Of a stretch of 64,000 nucleotides of DNA, positions 9,701-19,860 are shown piece by piece. Position 1 is the stretch's first letter. Every line of letters starts with the position of its first letter. Position numbers and translations under genes: made by a program. Below the pieces are notes generated by a model. The model was not told where the DNA came from, did not search any database, and worked only from the letters and a program-made list of their open reading frames with translations. Origin of the DNA: Candidatus Bathyarchaeota archaeon (lineage in GTDB: Archaea; Thermoproteota; Bathyarchaeia; 40CM-2-53-6; RBG-13-38-9); contig CAWECG010000004.1 of NCBI GenBank assembly GCA_963807605.1, positions 192,001-256,000 of the forward strand, written 5' to 3'.

Positions 9701-9826
9701 TCAGGCTGCAGCCTCTTCTAAGAGCCACCCGCAAGAGTCACAGATAACTGTCAGATTTGGGGAAGTAGATGCTTCAACTAGGACTCGCCCACATTTCGGG
9801 CAATAAAGAAATGTTTCAGGAAACAA
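9701..9826 (-). CDS. Putative zinc-finger microprotein (41 aa)
   Basis: TTG start; LFPETFLYCPKCGRVLVEASTSPNLTVICDSCGWLLEEAAA with CPxCG and CxxCG knuckles; below the ORF-track cutoff. Confidence 0.55.
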   Translation of the reverse strand: MFPETFLYCPKCGRVLVEASTSPNLTVICDSCGWLLEEAAA

Positions 9827-10219
9827 AGTCTCTTCAGGATCCTATCCGTATCTGAGACATTCTCCTCCAGCACATAGAAGTGCATTATCTCTCCGTCACG
9901 GTCCAACATGCGTGACAGAGCCATTCAGCCATAGAACAATCATGGTAAGGCTAAGAAGACTTAAAAGAATAGAAATACAATCGGAACGAAAAAATGCAGG
10001 ACGGAGGCTGGGCCAGAATACGATAGCTCAAACCACTAACAGAACCAGGTAGACATTCAAAACAACAAAACAACACATACGAAGGTAGCATAGATAATGC
10101 CTGGCTATTCCTAATTACTATAGAAGGCCATCGCAAAGTAATTGAAATATAGGTCAGACATCACTAATGCCGCGCTGTCTTTCAAAAGTAGACATCTTCA
10201 AAGGAAAGGTTATGAGTCT

Positions 10220-11296
10220 ATGACCCGAGCTGACAACTACGCCTATGCAATCGCCTACGTCAGAGCATTGAGATCTCACTTGCTATCTGGTCAACAATAT
10301 GATACATTGTTGAAAGCTAAAGATGATCAGGATGTGCTTCGCGGCTTAGGTGATACGGTCTATTCCACACATCTATCAAAGTTTTCGGGAAAGGCTCTGA
10401 ATCTGGCCGATATCGATTCAGTCATCTTTGAAGATTACTACCACATTCTGAGAGAATTGCGGAACGCCCGTACAACTGAGCAAGCCAACCAGCTACTGGA
10501 GGTGACTTACCTCCGCCATGAATTTTCATGCCTAAAGATCATTATGCGTATGGTAAAGGCAGGGGCACCTTCAGAGGAATCCACTCGGCTGGTCACTCCA
10601 ATTGGAAGATACACTCGCGAATACGTCCTGAAACTCCTGAAAACAAAGGATCTTCGTCAACTATTCACAGAGATAGATGACCCTAAGATAAAGGCGATAG
10701 TCCTCGATAGGCTTGCAGAGTGTGAGAAGGTAGGTTCTGCCCTTCCGGCAGAGATGGCTGTCGATAGTTACCATCTAGATTATCTGTGGAGTATTGTCAG
10801 TAAACTCGACAACTGGGACAAAGACGCCGTACGAGACATGATCGGGACTGATATCGATGCTACGAACATGAGCTTAATTTTGCGAGGCAAACCACTAGGG
10901 GTGCCCTTTTCCATCCTCCGAGATCTGCTAATTCCGATAAGATACAAATTGGGACAAGAGGCAGACGCTGCTGTCGAGGCCACGTCAACGGGGGACGCAC
11001 TGCGGACCTTATCCGCAGGTTATTACGGAAACATCATTTCCAACATCACAGCCGAATGTGAGCAAAAACGAACTCTGGTGCCCTTCGAAGTCGCGCTTAA
11101 ACGCTACTTTGCAGAAAGATGCTCCCGGACCTTCACAGGTTACCCATTCGGTGTCGGACCACTTCTGGCCTTTCTCAATCTAAAATACTATGAAGCTCTG
11201 GACATCCGTACAATATTTCTGGGAAAAAGAGACAAGATCAATCCTCAAGTTCTCCGTGGTCTTCTCTTATCCCCCTCAACAGAAGCTCACGATTAA
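10220..11296 (+). CDS. atpC: A/V-type ATP synthase subunit C
   Basis: YAYAIAYVRALRSHLL, IDATNM..ILRGK, LLAFLNLKYYEALDIRTI. Start placed at ATG 10220. Confidence 0.88.
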   Translation: MTRADNYAYAIAYVRALRSHLLSGQQYDTLLKAKDDQDVLRGLGDTVYSTHLSKFSGKALNLADIDSVIFEDYYHILRELRNARTTEQANQLLEVTYLRHEFSCLKIIMRMVKAGAPSEESTRLVTPIGRYTREYVLKLLKTKDLRQLFTEIDDPKIKAIVLDRLAECEKVGSALPAEMAVDSYHLDYLWSIVSKLDNWDKDAVRDMIGTDIDATNMSLILRGKPLGVPFSILRDLLIPIRYKLGQEADAAVEATSTGDALRTLSAGYYGNIISNITAECEQKRTLVPFEVALKRYFAERCSRTFTGYPFGVGPLLAFLNLKYYEALDIRTIFLGKRDKINPQVLRGLLLSPSTEAHD

Positions 11297-11430
11297 GACG
11301 GAGGATGTATAATGAACAATTCTCCGAAGAGATCTACGTCGCTGTCTGGACAGAATACAACTCTGAGTGTGGCAATAATCTTTTAAAGAGGTACAAGAGA
11401 ATCTAGAGCCTACAATTTGGGGTTTAGCTC

Positions 11431-11742
11431 TTGAAATTACACAAGCTCTTCGCATTGCTCTTTCTCACTGCTGGAGTGGCTCTTGCAGTCACGGGTCTTG
11501 TTTACGCCCAAGGTGGTACAAGTGAAGCTGCGGCATCAGGCTTCAAGCTGATTGGTGCGGGAATGGCCATCGGTCTTGCTGGTTTGGGAGCTGGGGTAGG
11601 CATGGGCACAGCAAGTGCCGCCGCCATTGGAGCCATGGCTGAAAAGCCCGAGACCTTCAGCAAATCACTGATCTACATAGTCTTCATAGAAGCTATAGCG
11701 ATCTACGGTCTGGTCATCGCCTTCATGATAATGATGGCGTGA
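11431..11742 (+). CDS. atpK: A-type ATP synthase proteolipid subunit K (c), single hairpin with signal-peptide-like N-terminus
   Basis: GLAGLGAGVGMG glycine motif, AEKPE loop, ion-binding Glu in FIEAIAIYG (no Q...ES/T Na+ signature, so probably H+). Confidence 0.93.
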   Translation: MKLHKLFALLFLTAGVALAVTGLVYAQGGTSEAAASGFKLIGAGMAIGLAGLGAGVGMGTASAAAIGAMAEKPETFSKSLIYIVFIEAIAIYGLVIAFMIMMA

Positions 11743-11820
11743 AGACTTACCAGTACCCAGTCTAGGCTCTCCAGATGGTTCTCCTAACTAGAAGTTACGC
11801 TAGATGGCAACTGGTGTGAC

Positions 11821-13602
11821 TTAGCTGAATCTCAGGGGTTCATACGCGTAACCGTCTCCGGTGTAGAATTTTAGAAACCACTCAACCCAATGCAACCTGA
11901 GAGTCTGGATAAAGGACAACAGTCCTTCAAAGCAAAGTATCAAAAGGAAAGTGAACATTCCCCACATTACAACGCCAACTATGGCCAAGGCAGACCCTAA
12001 TCCTAGGAACATCAGAAGGATCTTGCTGAAAGCCCCATGCGTCAAAGCCAATGCCAGAATTCGGGCATATGATATTGAATTTGAGAGTGACGATATTAGA
12101 GATTCGAGAGCATGTCCAAAGCCATCCATGCCGTGCAAGCCTGTCCTTGCAAGTACCATGACGATGGCCGGCAACGCTATGTAAATTCCGAGGATATCAG
12201 CACGTTGAAGGGCTACTGTGAAGAGACCTGACTTGAACCTGAGGAATAGATATGCGCAACTCAAATAGAACCAGAGCCATAGGCCCGGGCCAATAATCGC
12301 TTCGCGATAGTCTCCTTTTCTTATCTGATTGATCAATCCGAGGACCAACCCGAAGGTTATCTGAATAATGGCAACGTAAAGGGAGACCAGAAGAAGCAAC
12401 ATGGGTTTCTCGAATGGGCTGAATGGAAAAGGAACAGGTACCGAGAAGCCTGCGACCCCCGAGAGAAAAGTCTCAATAGAATGCGATGCTGATCTCACAA
12501 CCTCTGAGATGATGACGCCGGTGGCACCGTGAATAAACCCCTCAAGAACATGATAGTATTCCGGTGAGCCGAAGAGCTCGCCGTAAAGGAATCCAAAGAA
12601 TATCGCGGCTATCGAACACATTATCAGAAGAGGAGACCCTTTTATCATATACTCGAAGAGCTCAGACGTTTTGATACCCTTGCGGTTAACGACATATAGC
12701 AAAAGACTTAGGATAAGAAAGATGGCTCCGTGGCCGACATCCCCAAACATGAGTCCGAAGATGATGGGGAACGAGATGAACATGAAGACGGTGGGATCTA
12801 CTTCAAAATAGTTCGGCAGACCGAACCCCGTAACGATTTTCTCGTACACGAAAGTTATCTTCGGATTTCGAGTCAAAGTTGGTGGAGGTTCAAACTTCTC
12901 CTCAATTGGTTCGATTGCGGTTCCAGGCTCTCCAAGCTGGAAGGAAGATTCCACTTCTTCGTGGTGATGGCTATCGCCTTTGGAGGGCGGTAGATACGAA
13001 GTGGCGCAGTAGCCATCCGATCCTTTTTTCAGGGCTTCTTCAAATTCCACCTTCTTTTCTGTGGGGATCCATCCGCTAATAGCGATGGTTTTGGCGGTCC
13101 GGGCACACTTGGACTTTGCCTCCTCAACTACTCTAGTGATATCGAGACATTGTCTCCAAGCTAGAAGTTTCCCCTTGCAATTATTCGATAACTCTGACAG
13201 TTGCTGTTCTATCTTCACCTTTGTCTCTGGACCCGGCTTCGTCGGTTCTGAAGCGATCGCAGAATACGATTGCTCGACCTCCAAAAGCCCTCGATCAATT
13301 TCATCGATCTCTGCGTCCCCAAGCACTTTCAAATTGTTCCCAGAAGTTCGCGGAAGATCCAGTTTTAGGCCTGAAAACACTGATTGCAAACGTGAGATTA
13401 TCGATGTGACTTTGAAGAGTCTCTCGGATGGCTCAATGGGCTTGACGCGGGGCTCATATCCCTTGAGGCTTGTGAGCACTTCCGTCTGATGCAGCATTCC
13501 GGCCTTGGCAATCTCAAGAATTACATTATCGATATACTGTTCATGAAAGTAGGCTCTTGTCTTAATCATTGATTGAGTTTTGAGCAAGGCTTGCGATCCC
13601 AA
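11821..13602 (-). CDS. atpI: A-type ATP synthase subunit I (a)
   Basis: GWIP, PPTL, EVDPT, FGLMFGDVGHG, ISYARILAL (essential Arg), LRLHWVEWFLKFY. Confidence 0.95.
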   Translation of the reverse strand: MGSQALLKTQSMIKTRAYFHEQYIDNVILEIAKAGMLHQTEVLTSLKGYEPRVKPIEPSERLFKVTSIISRLQSVFSGLKLDLPRTSGNNLKVLGDAEIDEIDRGLLEVEQSYSAIASEPTKPGPETKVKIEQQLSELSNNCKGKLLAWRQCLDITRVVEEAKSKCARTAKTIAISGWIPTEKKVEFEEALKKGSDGYCATSYLPPSKGDSHHHEEVESSFQLGEPGTAIEPIEEKFEPPPTLTRNPKITFVYEKIVTGFGLPNYFEVDPTVFMFISFPIIFGLMFGDVGHGAIFLILSLLLYVVNRKGIKTSELFEYMIKGSPLLIMCSIAAIFFGFLYGELFGSPEYYHVLEGFIHGATGVIISEVVRSASHSIETFLSGVAGFSVPVPFPFSPFEKPMLLLLVSLYVAIIQITFGLVLGLINQIRKGDYREAIIGPGLWLWFYLSCAYLFLRFKSGLFTVALQRADILGIYIALPAIVMVLARTGLHGMDGFGHALESLISSLSNSISYARILALALTHGAFSKILLMFLGLGSALAIVGVVMWGMFTFLLILCFEGLLSFIQTLRLHWVEWFLKFYTGDGYAYEPLRFS

Positions 13603-13782
13603 CTCGGAGGTTGCGGCTTAGTTTCAAATCATTTTTGATATAAAGTCTCTGGTTTCACCAAGTTATTTTTTCTAAAGTAGCGGAGTCCGAGAGGGGTAAA
13701 ACTTGGCTTGCAATCTCCGCGTGCACTAGTTATGCTTCGAAAAGCTATTATGCGTGTGTTATGTGGGCATACTAAGATAATC

Positions 13783-14109
13783 ATGGTCGACCAGATCATC
13801 GCGAAGATCCTGAAGGCAGAGGAGCAAGCTGGGAAAGAAATCTCAGAGGCTTCAACCGAAGCGGACAAGATCAAAGAGAGCATAAACGTATCAGACCAAG
13901 AAACCTTCGATAAGATCGTAGCCTCCTGTAGAAAAGAGGCTGAAGAATCACGGGAACTAGCCAAACAGAAGGCAGTAGAAAGATCCAAGAGGGTTATGGA
14001 TGAATGCGAAGGCGAAGTTGCCAAATTGAGGAATCTTGACGAGAAGAAACTGATGAGGGCAGTGGAGCTGGTCATACACGAAATCACGTCTGGTGAGAAA
14101 GAGCCTTGA
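13783..14109 (+). CDS. atpH: A-type ATP synthase peripheral stalk subunit H (G)
   Basis: Charged coiled coil IIAKILKAEEQAGKEISEA, immediately upstream of subunit E. Start placed at ATG 13783. Confidence 0.7.
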   Translation: MVDQIIAKILKAEEQAGKEISEASTEADKIKESINVSDQETFDKIVASCRKEAEESRELAKQKAVERSKRVMDECEGEVAKLRNLDEKKLMRAVELVIHEITSGEKEP

Positions 14110-14750
14110 CCGAGGAATCTCTAGACCGACTCATTTCAAAGATACAGGAAGATGCAAGGGAACAGGCAAGTGTGATAGTCAATGAGGCGAAGGTCTCATC
14201 AGAAAAGGCTCTTGAGGAAAAAAGGAGAGAAGTGCAGGAGAACGCTCAGAAGGCCTGCCAAGAAATACTCCGCTCTGCCAAGGCTGAAACAGAAAACATA
14301 ATCCATCGAGAGTCCGTCGACGCCGTAATCAAGTCACGATGGATAATACTATCAGAGAAACAGAAGATTCTAGATGTTGTCTTCAAGAAAGCTCAGGAGA
14401 GGCTCCAATCCTTCACCAATGAAGAGAGTTACAGGCCGATGCTGGAACGACTCATAGAGGATGCGGCCGCGGCGGCCGGGGGAGGGAAACTCGAACTGCT
14501 CCTTAACAAAAAAGATATGCAGTTAAGACTGCCCCTTGAAGAAATATCGAAGAAGATTAGCTCTAGCTTGGGTGTCGAATCAACTCTGGACATGTCAGAA
14601 GAGACGATCTCGGCTATAGGCGGAGTCATTGTTCAATCAGCCGATAAGAAGACGAAGATCGATAACACGTTAGGTTCAATCCTTGAAAGGGAAAGGAAAA
14701 GTCTAGAGCCAAAAATAGCAGCCATACTCTTCTCTTCAAAGGCCGAGTAA
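14106..14750 (+). CDS. atpE: A-type ATP synthase subunit E
   Basis: LISKIQEDAREQA coiled coil; C-terminal IGGVIVQSAD..IDNTL. Confidence 0.9.
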   Translation: MTEESLDRLISKIQEDAREQASVIVNEAKVSSEKALEEKRREVQENAQKACQEILRSAKAETENIIHRESVDAVIKSRWIILSEKQKILDVVFKKAQERLQSFTNEESYRPMLERLIEDAAAAAGGGKLELLLNKKDMQLRLPLEEISKKISSSLGVESTLDMSEETISAIGGVIVQSADKKTKIDNTLGSILERERKSLEPKIAAILFSSKAE

Positions 14751-14847
14751 AAGTATCTTGCAGCCCATCTGCTCGTTCCTGGGCGAAGACGATAAGACAG
14801 CCTCCTCACGTCAAAGCCACCTCTACCTGTCCTAGGATGAAATCCAA

Positions 14848-17115
14848 TTGCTAGCTGACATACTGGTAAAGGGTATTGTTCAAGGGGTTGGCTTCAGACC
14901 TTTCGTCTACCGGCTTGCCACAGAGAATGGGCTATGTGGTTTTGTCCAGAACCGTGGCGACGCCGGAGTAAGAATAGAAGCTGAGGGAAAAAAACCTCAG
15001 CTTGAAAAATTTGTCAACGAACTGAGAACAAGAAAACCACCTTTTGCCGAGATACGTGACTTGATAGTGTCCTATCAGGATCGAGAGACAGGCTGCTCAC
15101 ACTTCAAGATCAAAGAGAGCTTCAAAGGAGGAAACGAAAAGGGGTCCACAATCCCTCCAGACATCTCGATCTGTGTTGAGTGCCTTCGAGAGATGAGCGA
15201 TAAGAAAAACTCGAGGTACAAGTACTTCTTCATAACCTGCACAAACTGCGGACCAAGGTACACTACAATTCGAAGCCTCCCATACGACAGGGTCAACACC
15301 AGCATGGACGAGTTCAAGATGTGCCGCAGCTGCGAGATAGAGTATACTTCTCCCGCCGACCGCCGATTTCATGCACAGACAAATGCCTGCCCGAGATGTG
15401 GCCCACGGCTCATTATCACAAACAATATGGGGAAGCGTATAGCGAGCAGAGACCCCGCTGCTGACGCAGGAAGGCTCCTTGACGAAGGGTGTATCCTGGC
15501 AATCAAGGGAAACGGAGGCTTCCACCTAGTCTGCCCCACAACAAAACCGAAACCTCTATCCCGACTTAGGGCGGCCAAAGAGCGCAGGACAAAACCCTTC
15601 GCCATCATGGCTCGCGACCTAAGGACAACAAGATCATTTGCTGAAGTCAACGATTTTGAAACTGAGCTCCTTGAATCATATGCAAAGCCGATCGTTCTCT
15701 TGAGGAAGAGCGCGAATTATTCCCTATCTGAACTGGTCTCACCAGGGCTCCACACTGTAGGCGTGATGTTACCATATTCAGGTCTCCATCACCTGCTATT
15801 CGACTCGACGAAGGAACCCGCCCTGGTCATGACGAGTGCAAATCCCCCTAACGAACCAATAATAATTGAAGATGATATTGCTCTCAAGCAATTAGGAAAT
15901 GTCGTCGATTATTTCCTCTTCCATAATAGGCGTATAGAGCAGAGGTGTGATGACACCGTCCTTCGAGCAATGGGTCAGAACAAGTCCTTCATCAGGCGTT
16001 CAAGGGGATATGCGCCAGCCCCCCTAGCCTTGAAGACGGCTTGTTCAAGAGATATCCTTGCACTGGGCGCTGAACTGAATGCTACATGCTGCGTTTTGGT
16101 TAATCAACAGGCTTTTCTTTCACAACACATCGGCGATGTGGAGACTCCTGAGACCCTGAAGTTTCTGGAAGAAGTCATCCAGCATTTGTTAGGCCTTACC
16201 AAAGCAGAGCCAACCACCATCGCTTGTGACCTACACCCGAAGTTCAATACAACATTCCTAGCTAAACGTCTCGCAGATCAGTGGCGCATACCAGTTGTTC
16301 AGGTCCAGCATCACCACGCTCACCTATCCAAGCTGTTGCTTGAAAACGGGATAAATGAAGCCGTGGGAATAGTCTGCGACGGATACGGCTATGGTCCTAA
16401 CGGAGACGCATGGGGAGGAGAGATACTTTACTCGAACATTAAGAGCTACAAAAGGATCGGTCACCTTAAAGATCAACCGATGGTCGGCGGCGATCTCGCA
16501 ACAAGATACCCCATTAGAATGGTTGCCGGAATCCTTCGTCGTTACATCGATGCCCACTCTTTCCTGTTGAAAGAGGTTGAACATCTTCCTCACGGCAGGG
16601 CAGAGGTAGACCTGATAACGAAACAGCTTGAGGCCGCCAGAATACAAACCACCTCTAGTTGCGGAAGGGTTCTCGACGCAATATCCTGCATCTTGGGAAT
16701 ATGCAACGAGAGAACATACGAAGGAGAGCCGGCTATGAAACTGGAGGCGGTAGCATCATACGGTAATGATGCGTTGAAACTGGACGCGAAGATAGACGGT
16801 AACGTCGTGGATACAACCTTCCTGCTGGAGCAGCTCTACTCAAATCTTGGCAAGGTCTCTATCCCCGACTTAGCTTTCTCGGCACAGTCGTATCTTGCCA
16901 GATCTCTTGCAAAGATATCTGTAGAATATGCCTTAAGCGAGGATATCTCAGCCGTTGGATTCACTGGGGGAGTTGCGGTTAACGAGGATATCTCCAACAT
17001 CATCCGGTCAGTGGTTGAAGCGAATGGGCTGGTCTTTTTGTCTCACGATAAAGTCCCTCCTGGCGATGGAGGAATATCCTTGGGTCAGGCCATAGTTGCA
17101 GCCGAAGCTACTTGA
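14848..17115 (+). CDS. hypF: Carbamoyltransferase HypF
   Basis: VKGIVQGVGFRPFV acylphosphatase domain, Zn fingers (CTNCGPRY, RRFHAQTNACPRCGP), QHHHAH, PGDGGISLGQ. Confidence 0.98.
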   Translation: MLADILVKGIVQGVGFRPFVYRLATENGLCGFVQNRGDAGVRIEAEGKKPQLEKFVNELRTRKPPFAEIRDLIVSYQDRETGCSHFKIKESFKGGNEKGSTIPPDISICVECLREMSDKKNSRYKYFFITCTNCGPRYTTIRSLPYDRVNTSMDEFKMCRSCEIEYTSPADRRFHAQTNACPRCGPRLIITNNMGKRIASRDPAADAGRLLDEGCILAIKGNGGFHLVCPTTKPKPLSRLRAAKERRTKPFAIMARDLRTTRSFAEVNDFETELLESYAKPIVLLRKSANYSLSELVSPGLHTVGVMLPYSGLHHLLFDSTKEPALVMTSANPPNEPIIIEDDIALKQLGNVVDYFLFHNRRIEQRCDDTVLRAMGQNKSFIRRSRGYAPAPLALKTACSRDILALGAELNATCCVLVNQQAFLSQHIGDVETPETLKFLEEVIQHLLGLTKAEPTTIACDLHPKFNTTFLAKRLADQWRIPVVQVQHHHAHLSKLLLENGINEAVGIVCDGYGYGPNGDAWGGEILYSNIKSYKRIGHLKDQPMVGGDLATRYPIRMVAGILRRYIDAHSFLLKEVEHLPHGRAEVDLITKQLEAARIQTTSSCGRVLDAISCILGICNERTYEGEPAMKLEAVASYGNDALKLDAKIDGNVVDTTFLLEQLYSNLGKVSIPDLAFSAQSYLARSLAKISVEYALSEDISAVGFTGGVAVNEDISNIIRSVVEANGLVFLSHDKVPPGDGGISLGQAIVAAEAT

Positions 17116-17297
17116 CAGTCTTCGCAGTTAGTAAGTCGTCGTAATTCAGGAATGGGTGGAGAACAGTTTATATCTGCGCCGGCGGAAGACTCATCCCAGC
17201 TCGGTGAAACCTCAGGTCATATCCTTAAGGCAATAACGGCAGTCTACGGCCGCGATGTTTTCTCAGCAACAGATTCTAAGTGAGTGCATCTATAGGA

Positions 17298-17516
17298 ATG
17301 TGTCTCGCAATACCCGGAAGGATTACGAGCATAGACGGTTCAATGGCGTATGTCGACTTTGGGGAGGGAACAAAACGAGAGGTCAACATCTCACTTGTAG
17401 ATGTGAAGGTAGGACAGTACGTGATAGTCCATGCCGGATTTGCAATTGAAATCCTCGACGAGGAAGCGGCCAAGGAGACTCTGAAGCTGTGGGAGGAGAT
17501 TTTAAGCCTCCAATAA
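17298..17516 (+). CDS. hypC: Hydrogenase maturation chaperone HypC
   Basis: MCLAIPG N-terminus; YVIVHAGFAI. Confidence 0.97.
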   Translation: MCLAIPGRITSIDGSMAYVDFGEGTKREVNISLVDVKVGQYVIVHAGFAIEILDEEAAKETLKLWEEILSLQ

Positions 17517-17552
17517 TGCTTAGTGAGATGAGCTATTCTTTCAAAGTAAGTA

Positions 17553-18251
17553 GTGTCTACTAGCGTGAACGCAATGACTCGGCTGATCAAACATAACGAA
17601 GGCGAAGTTTTCGATGTCGAGCTAGAAGAAAGTATACTCAAAGACAATGCAGAAACGGCGGCAAAGAACCATCAACTTCTTCAAAAGCACGGCATCAAAG
17701 CCATAGATATCATGGGCTCCATCGGCTCGGGAAAGACTTCTCTAATTGAGAATATGGCTGAAAAACTGAAAGACAGACGTAAGATAGCTGTCTTGAATGG
17801 TGATTTGACGACAACCATTGACGCCGATAGGGTTGCAAAACACGGCGTCGAGGTCGTCCAAATAAACACTGGAAAGGAGTGTCATCTGGATGCCAATCTG
17901 GTCGCCAAAGCCCTTGCAGATCTGAACCTGGACCGGGTGAACCTAATCCTAATAGAGAATGTTGGGAACCTGATCTGTCCAGGAGAGTTCAGGCTCGGCT
18001 CTGACAAGAGGATTGTCATGATAAGTGTGACCGAAGGCCCGTACATGGTTCTGAAACACCCCTTCATCTTCATGGAGGCTGACGTCGTCGTCATAAACAA
18101 ACTCGACTTGGCTGAGGCGATGGGCGTCAGATTTGAAAAGCTCCGAGATGACGTTGTGAAGATCAATCCAAGAGCGAAAGTTGTTGGGACAAGCTGTAGA
18201 AGAAATCAGGGTATTGAAAATGTTATCCAAGCTTTGCAGCTTGACAACTGA
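17553..18251 (+). CDS. hypB: Hydrogenase nickel incorporation GTPase HypB
   Basis: GSIGSGKTSL, QINTGKECHLDA, IENVGNLICP, NKLD. Confidence 0.96.
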   Translation: MSTSVNAMTRLIKHNEGEVFDVELEESILKDNAETAAKNHQLLQKHGIKAIDIMGSIGSGKTSLIENMAEKLKDRRKIAVLNGDLTTTIDADRVAKHGVEVVQINTGKECHLDANLVAKALADLNLDRVNLILIENVGNLICPGEFRLGSDKRIVMISVTEGPYMVLKHPFIFMEADVVVINKLDLAEAMGVRFEKLRDDVVKINPRAKVVGTSCRRNQGIENVIQALQLDN

Positions 18252-18281
18252 CAGGGAATTATTGAATGTTGGCTGGCTTCT

Positions 18282-18668
18282 ATGCATGAGCTCTCTATGG
18301 CAAGCAGCGTAGTCGAAACGGCTCTGGCTGAGGCTAAGAAGAGGAACGCCAGCTCAATCTTGCAGGTTAACTTAGTTGTTGGAGAGTTCACTATGCTAGG
18401 GTTGGAGCAACTTCGTTACTGCTATCGACTTCTGACCAAGGACACAATCCTTCAGCATTCAAGGCTCACAATAGAGAAGCAGGAAGGGAGGGTGCGTTGC
18501 GAGAAATGCAAGTTCGAAGGACCGATTCAATTCAAGGAGGAGCCTGAGTATCATCTTCTTTTCCCAACGCTTGAATGTCCCAGATGTGGAGGGGCGGTTG
18601 ACTTGATTGCCGGAAGAGACTGCTACATCAAATCGGTAAAATTGAAGACGAATCAGATCTCTCCATAG
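18282..18668 (+). CDS. hypA: Hydrogenase nickel metallochaperone HypA
   Basis: MHELSMA, CEKC...CPRCG. Confidence 0.96.
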   Translation: MHELSMASSVVETALAEAKKRNASSILQVNLVVGEFTMLGLEQLRYCYRLLTKDTILQHSRLTIEKQEGRVRCEKCKFEGPIQFKEEPEYHLLFPTLECPRCGGAVDLIAGRDCYIKSVKLKTNQISP

Positions 18669-18952
18669 CACGACGTGACCGCTCTATCAATTCATGAAGC
18701 TGACCTTTTCGGCTACCAATTCGCTCTCTTTTTAGAATTAATATTATAGCGTTAACTATGATTTAGTTGAAGGAGAACTCTGCCATGCCCAGGACCAGCC
18801 GTTTTGAGATGAATTATGCGTGCGCCATATCAAGTGTCAGACGATCTCATCAAAGATTCTGATATTGCATTCGCTTCGAATCTATTCATCTATAAGCTCC
18901 GTGCGAGGCATAACCGAGCTAACAAGTCAAAGATGTATAAGGTGATAAGGCC

Positions 18953-19690
18953 TTGAAGTTGGTGACGGCGGTTTCACCATCAATATTCGTATTGGGACTG
19001 ACTTTATTTGTCTCCTTTGTTACGGGGCATCCAGAAGGGTTGTTTCTCACTCACTCTATCAGAGGCATTCCGACAAGATTCGTTATCGTGACCATAATCG
19101 TTATTCTGCCCATTCTTGCCGTTCCCAAATTTCTAGCTCTGGTAGGAAGGTTAGGAAAGAATGAAAAGTCTCCTGTTCAGCTTGTCAGAGCCTTGACAAT
19201 TCCTCATGAAGAATTCAGCAAGGCTGTTGACTGGGTTTTCAGACCTCTCCAAGGGATCGCTCTCTCCTTACTTTTTGCGGAGAAATTTCTAAACCTGCTA
19301 GAGGTTTCAATTGGACCAGCTATGGCTGCCCTTCTTGCTCACGCATCTCTTTTTCTGATAGGAAGTGCGTTAGTTTCCATATTTCTGGCAGTAGTCTGGA
19401 CCTTGGATGATCTAGGCGTAAAGATCTACAATATGAAGACAGGTGAGGTCCGTATGTTTGGCACCAGCGTGGGTACTCTCTTCCCTCTACTCGCTGCAGC
19501 TATCGGAATTACTGGGCTGTTTCACCTGAATTCACCTTTAGATGCCTTGCTGGACCTCGTCGAGATCGCAACTGTGCTCTACCCACCCTACTTGTGCTTC
19601 GTCATTGTTCATCACGAGTTCATTGAGAAGCGCAGTGCGGTTCTCTCGGAAAAGCTTCCTATAAAGAGGATTGAGACAAAATTGTTCTAA
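18953..19690 (+). CDS. Hypothetical multi-pass membrane protein
   Basis: 245-aa ORF with about 6 hydrophobic segments, between hypA and hypD. Confidence 0.65.
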   Translation: MKLVTAVSPSIFVLGLTLFVSFVTGHPEGLFLTHSIRGIPTRFVIVTIIVILPILAVPKFLALVGRLGKNEKSPVQLVRALTIPHEEFSKAVDWVFRPLQGIALSLLFAEKFLNLLEVSIGPAMAALLAHASLFLIGSALVSIFLAVVWTLDDLGVKIYNMKTGEVRMFGTSVGTLFPLLAAAIGITGLFHLNSPLDALLDLVEIATVLYPPYLCFVIVHHEFIEKRSAVLSEKLPIKRIETKLF

Positions 19691-19860
19691 AACGCGCGTA
19701 TACTCTGTGTTGGACTCTGACATCGATTATGTGGCCTGATGCCCTTGAACCACGAGATTAAATAACGGCGTTATGCAGTAATTTCAAAAGTTAAATGTGA
19801 CTAATCTTCGTCCCGCACCTTTGTTCCGCATCAACCCATTCTCAAATCGAGGACTGAACA

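Noticed and set aside
17176-17254. Possible structured RNA between hypF and hypC (GCGCCG..AGACT / AGTCT..CGGC pairing)
   Set aside because: Pairing is short, no riboswitch, sRNA or tRNA consensus could be matched, and the 5' arm abuts a likely TATA box
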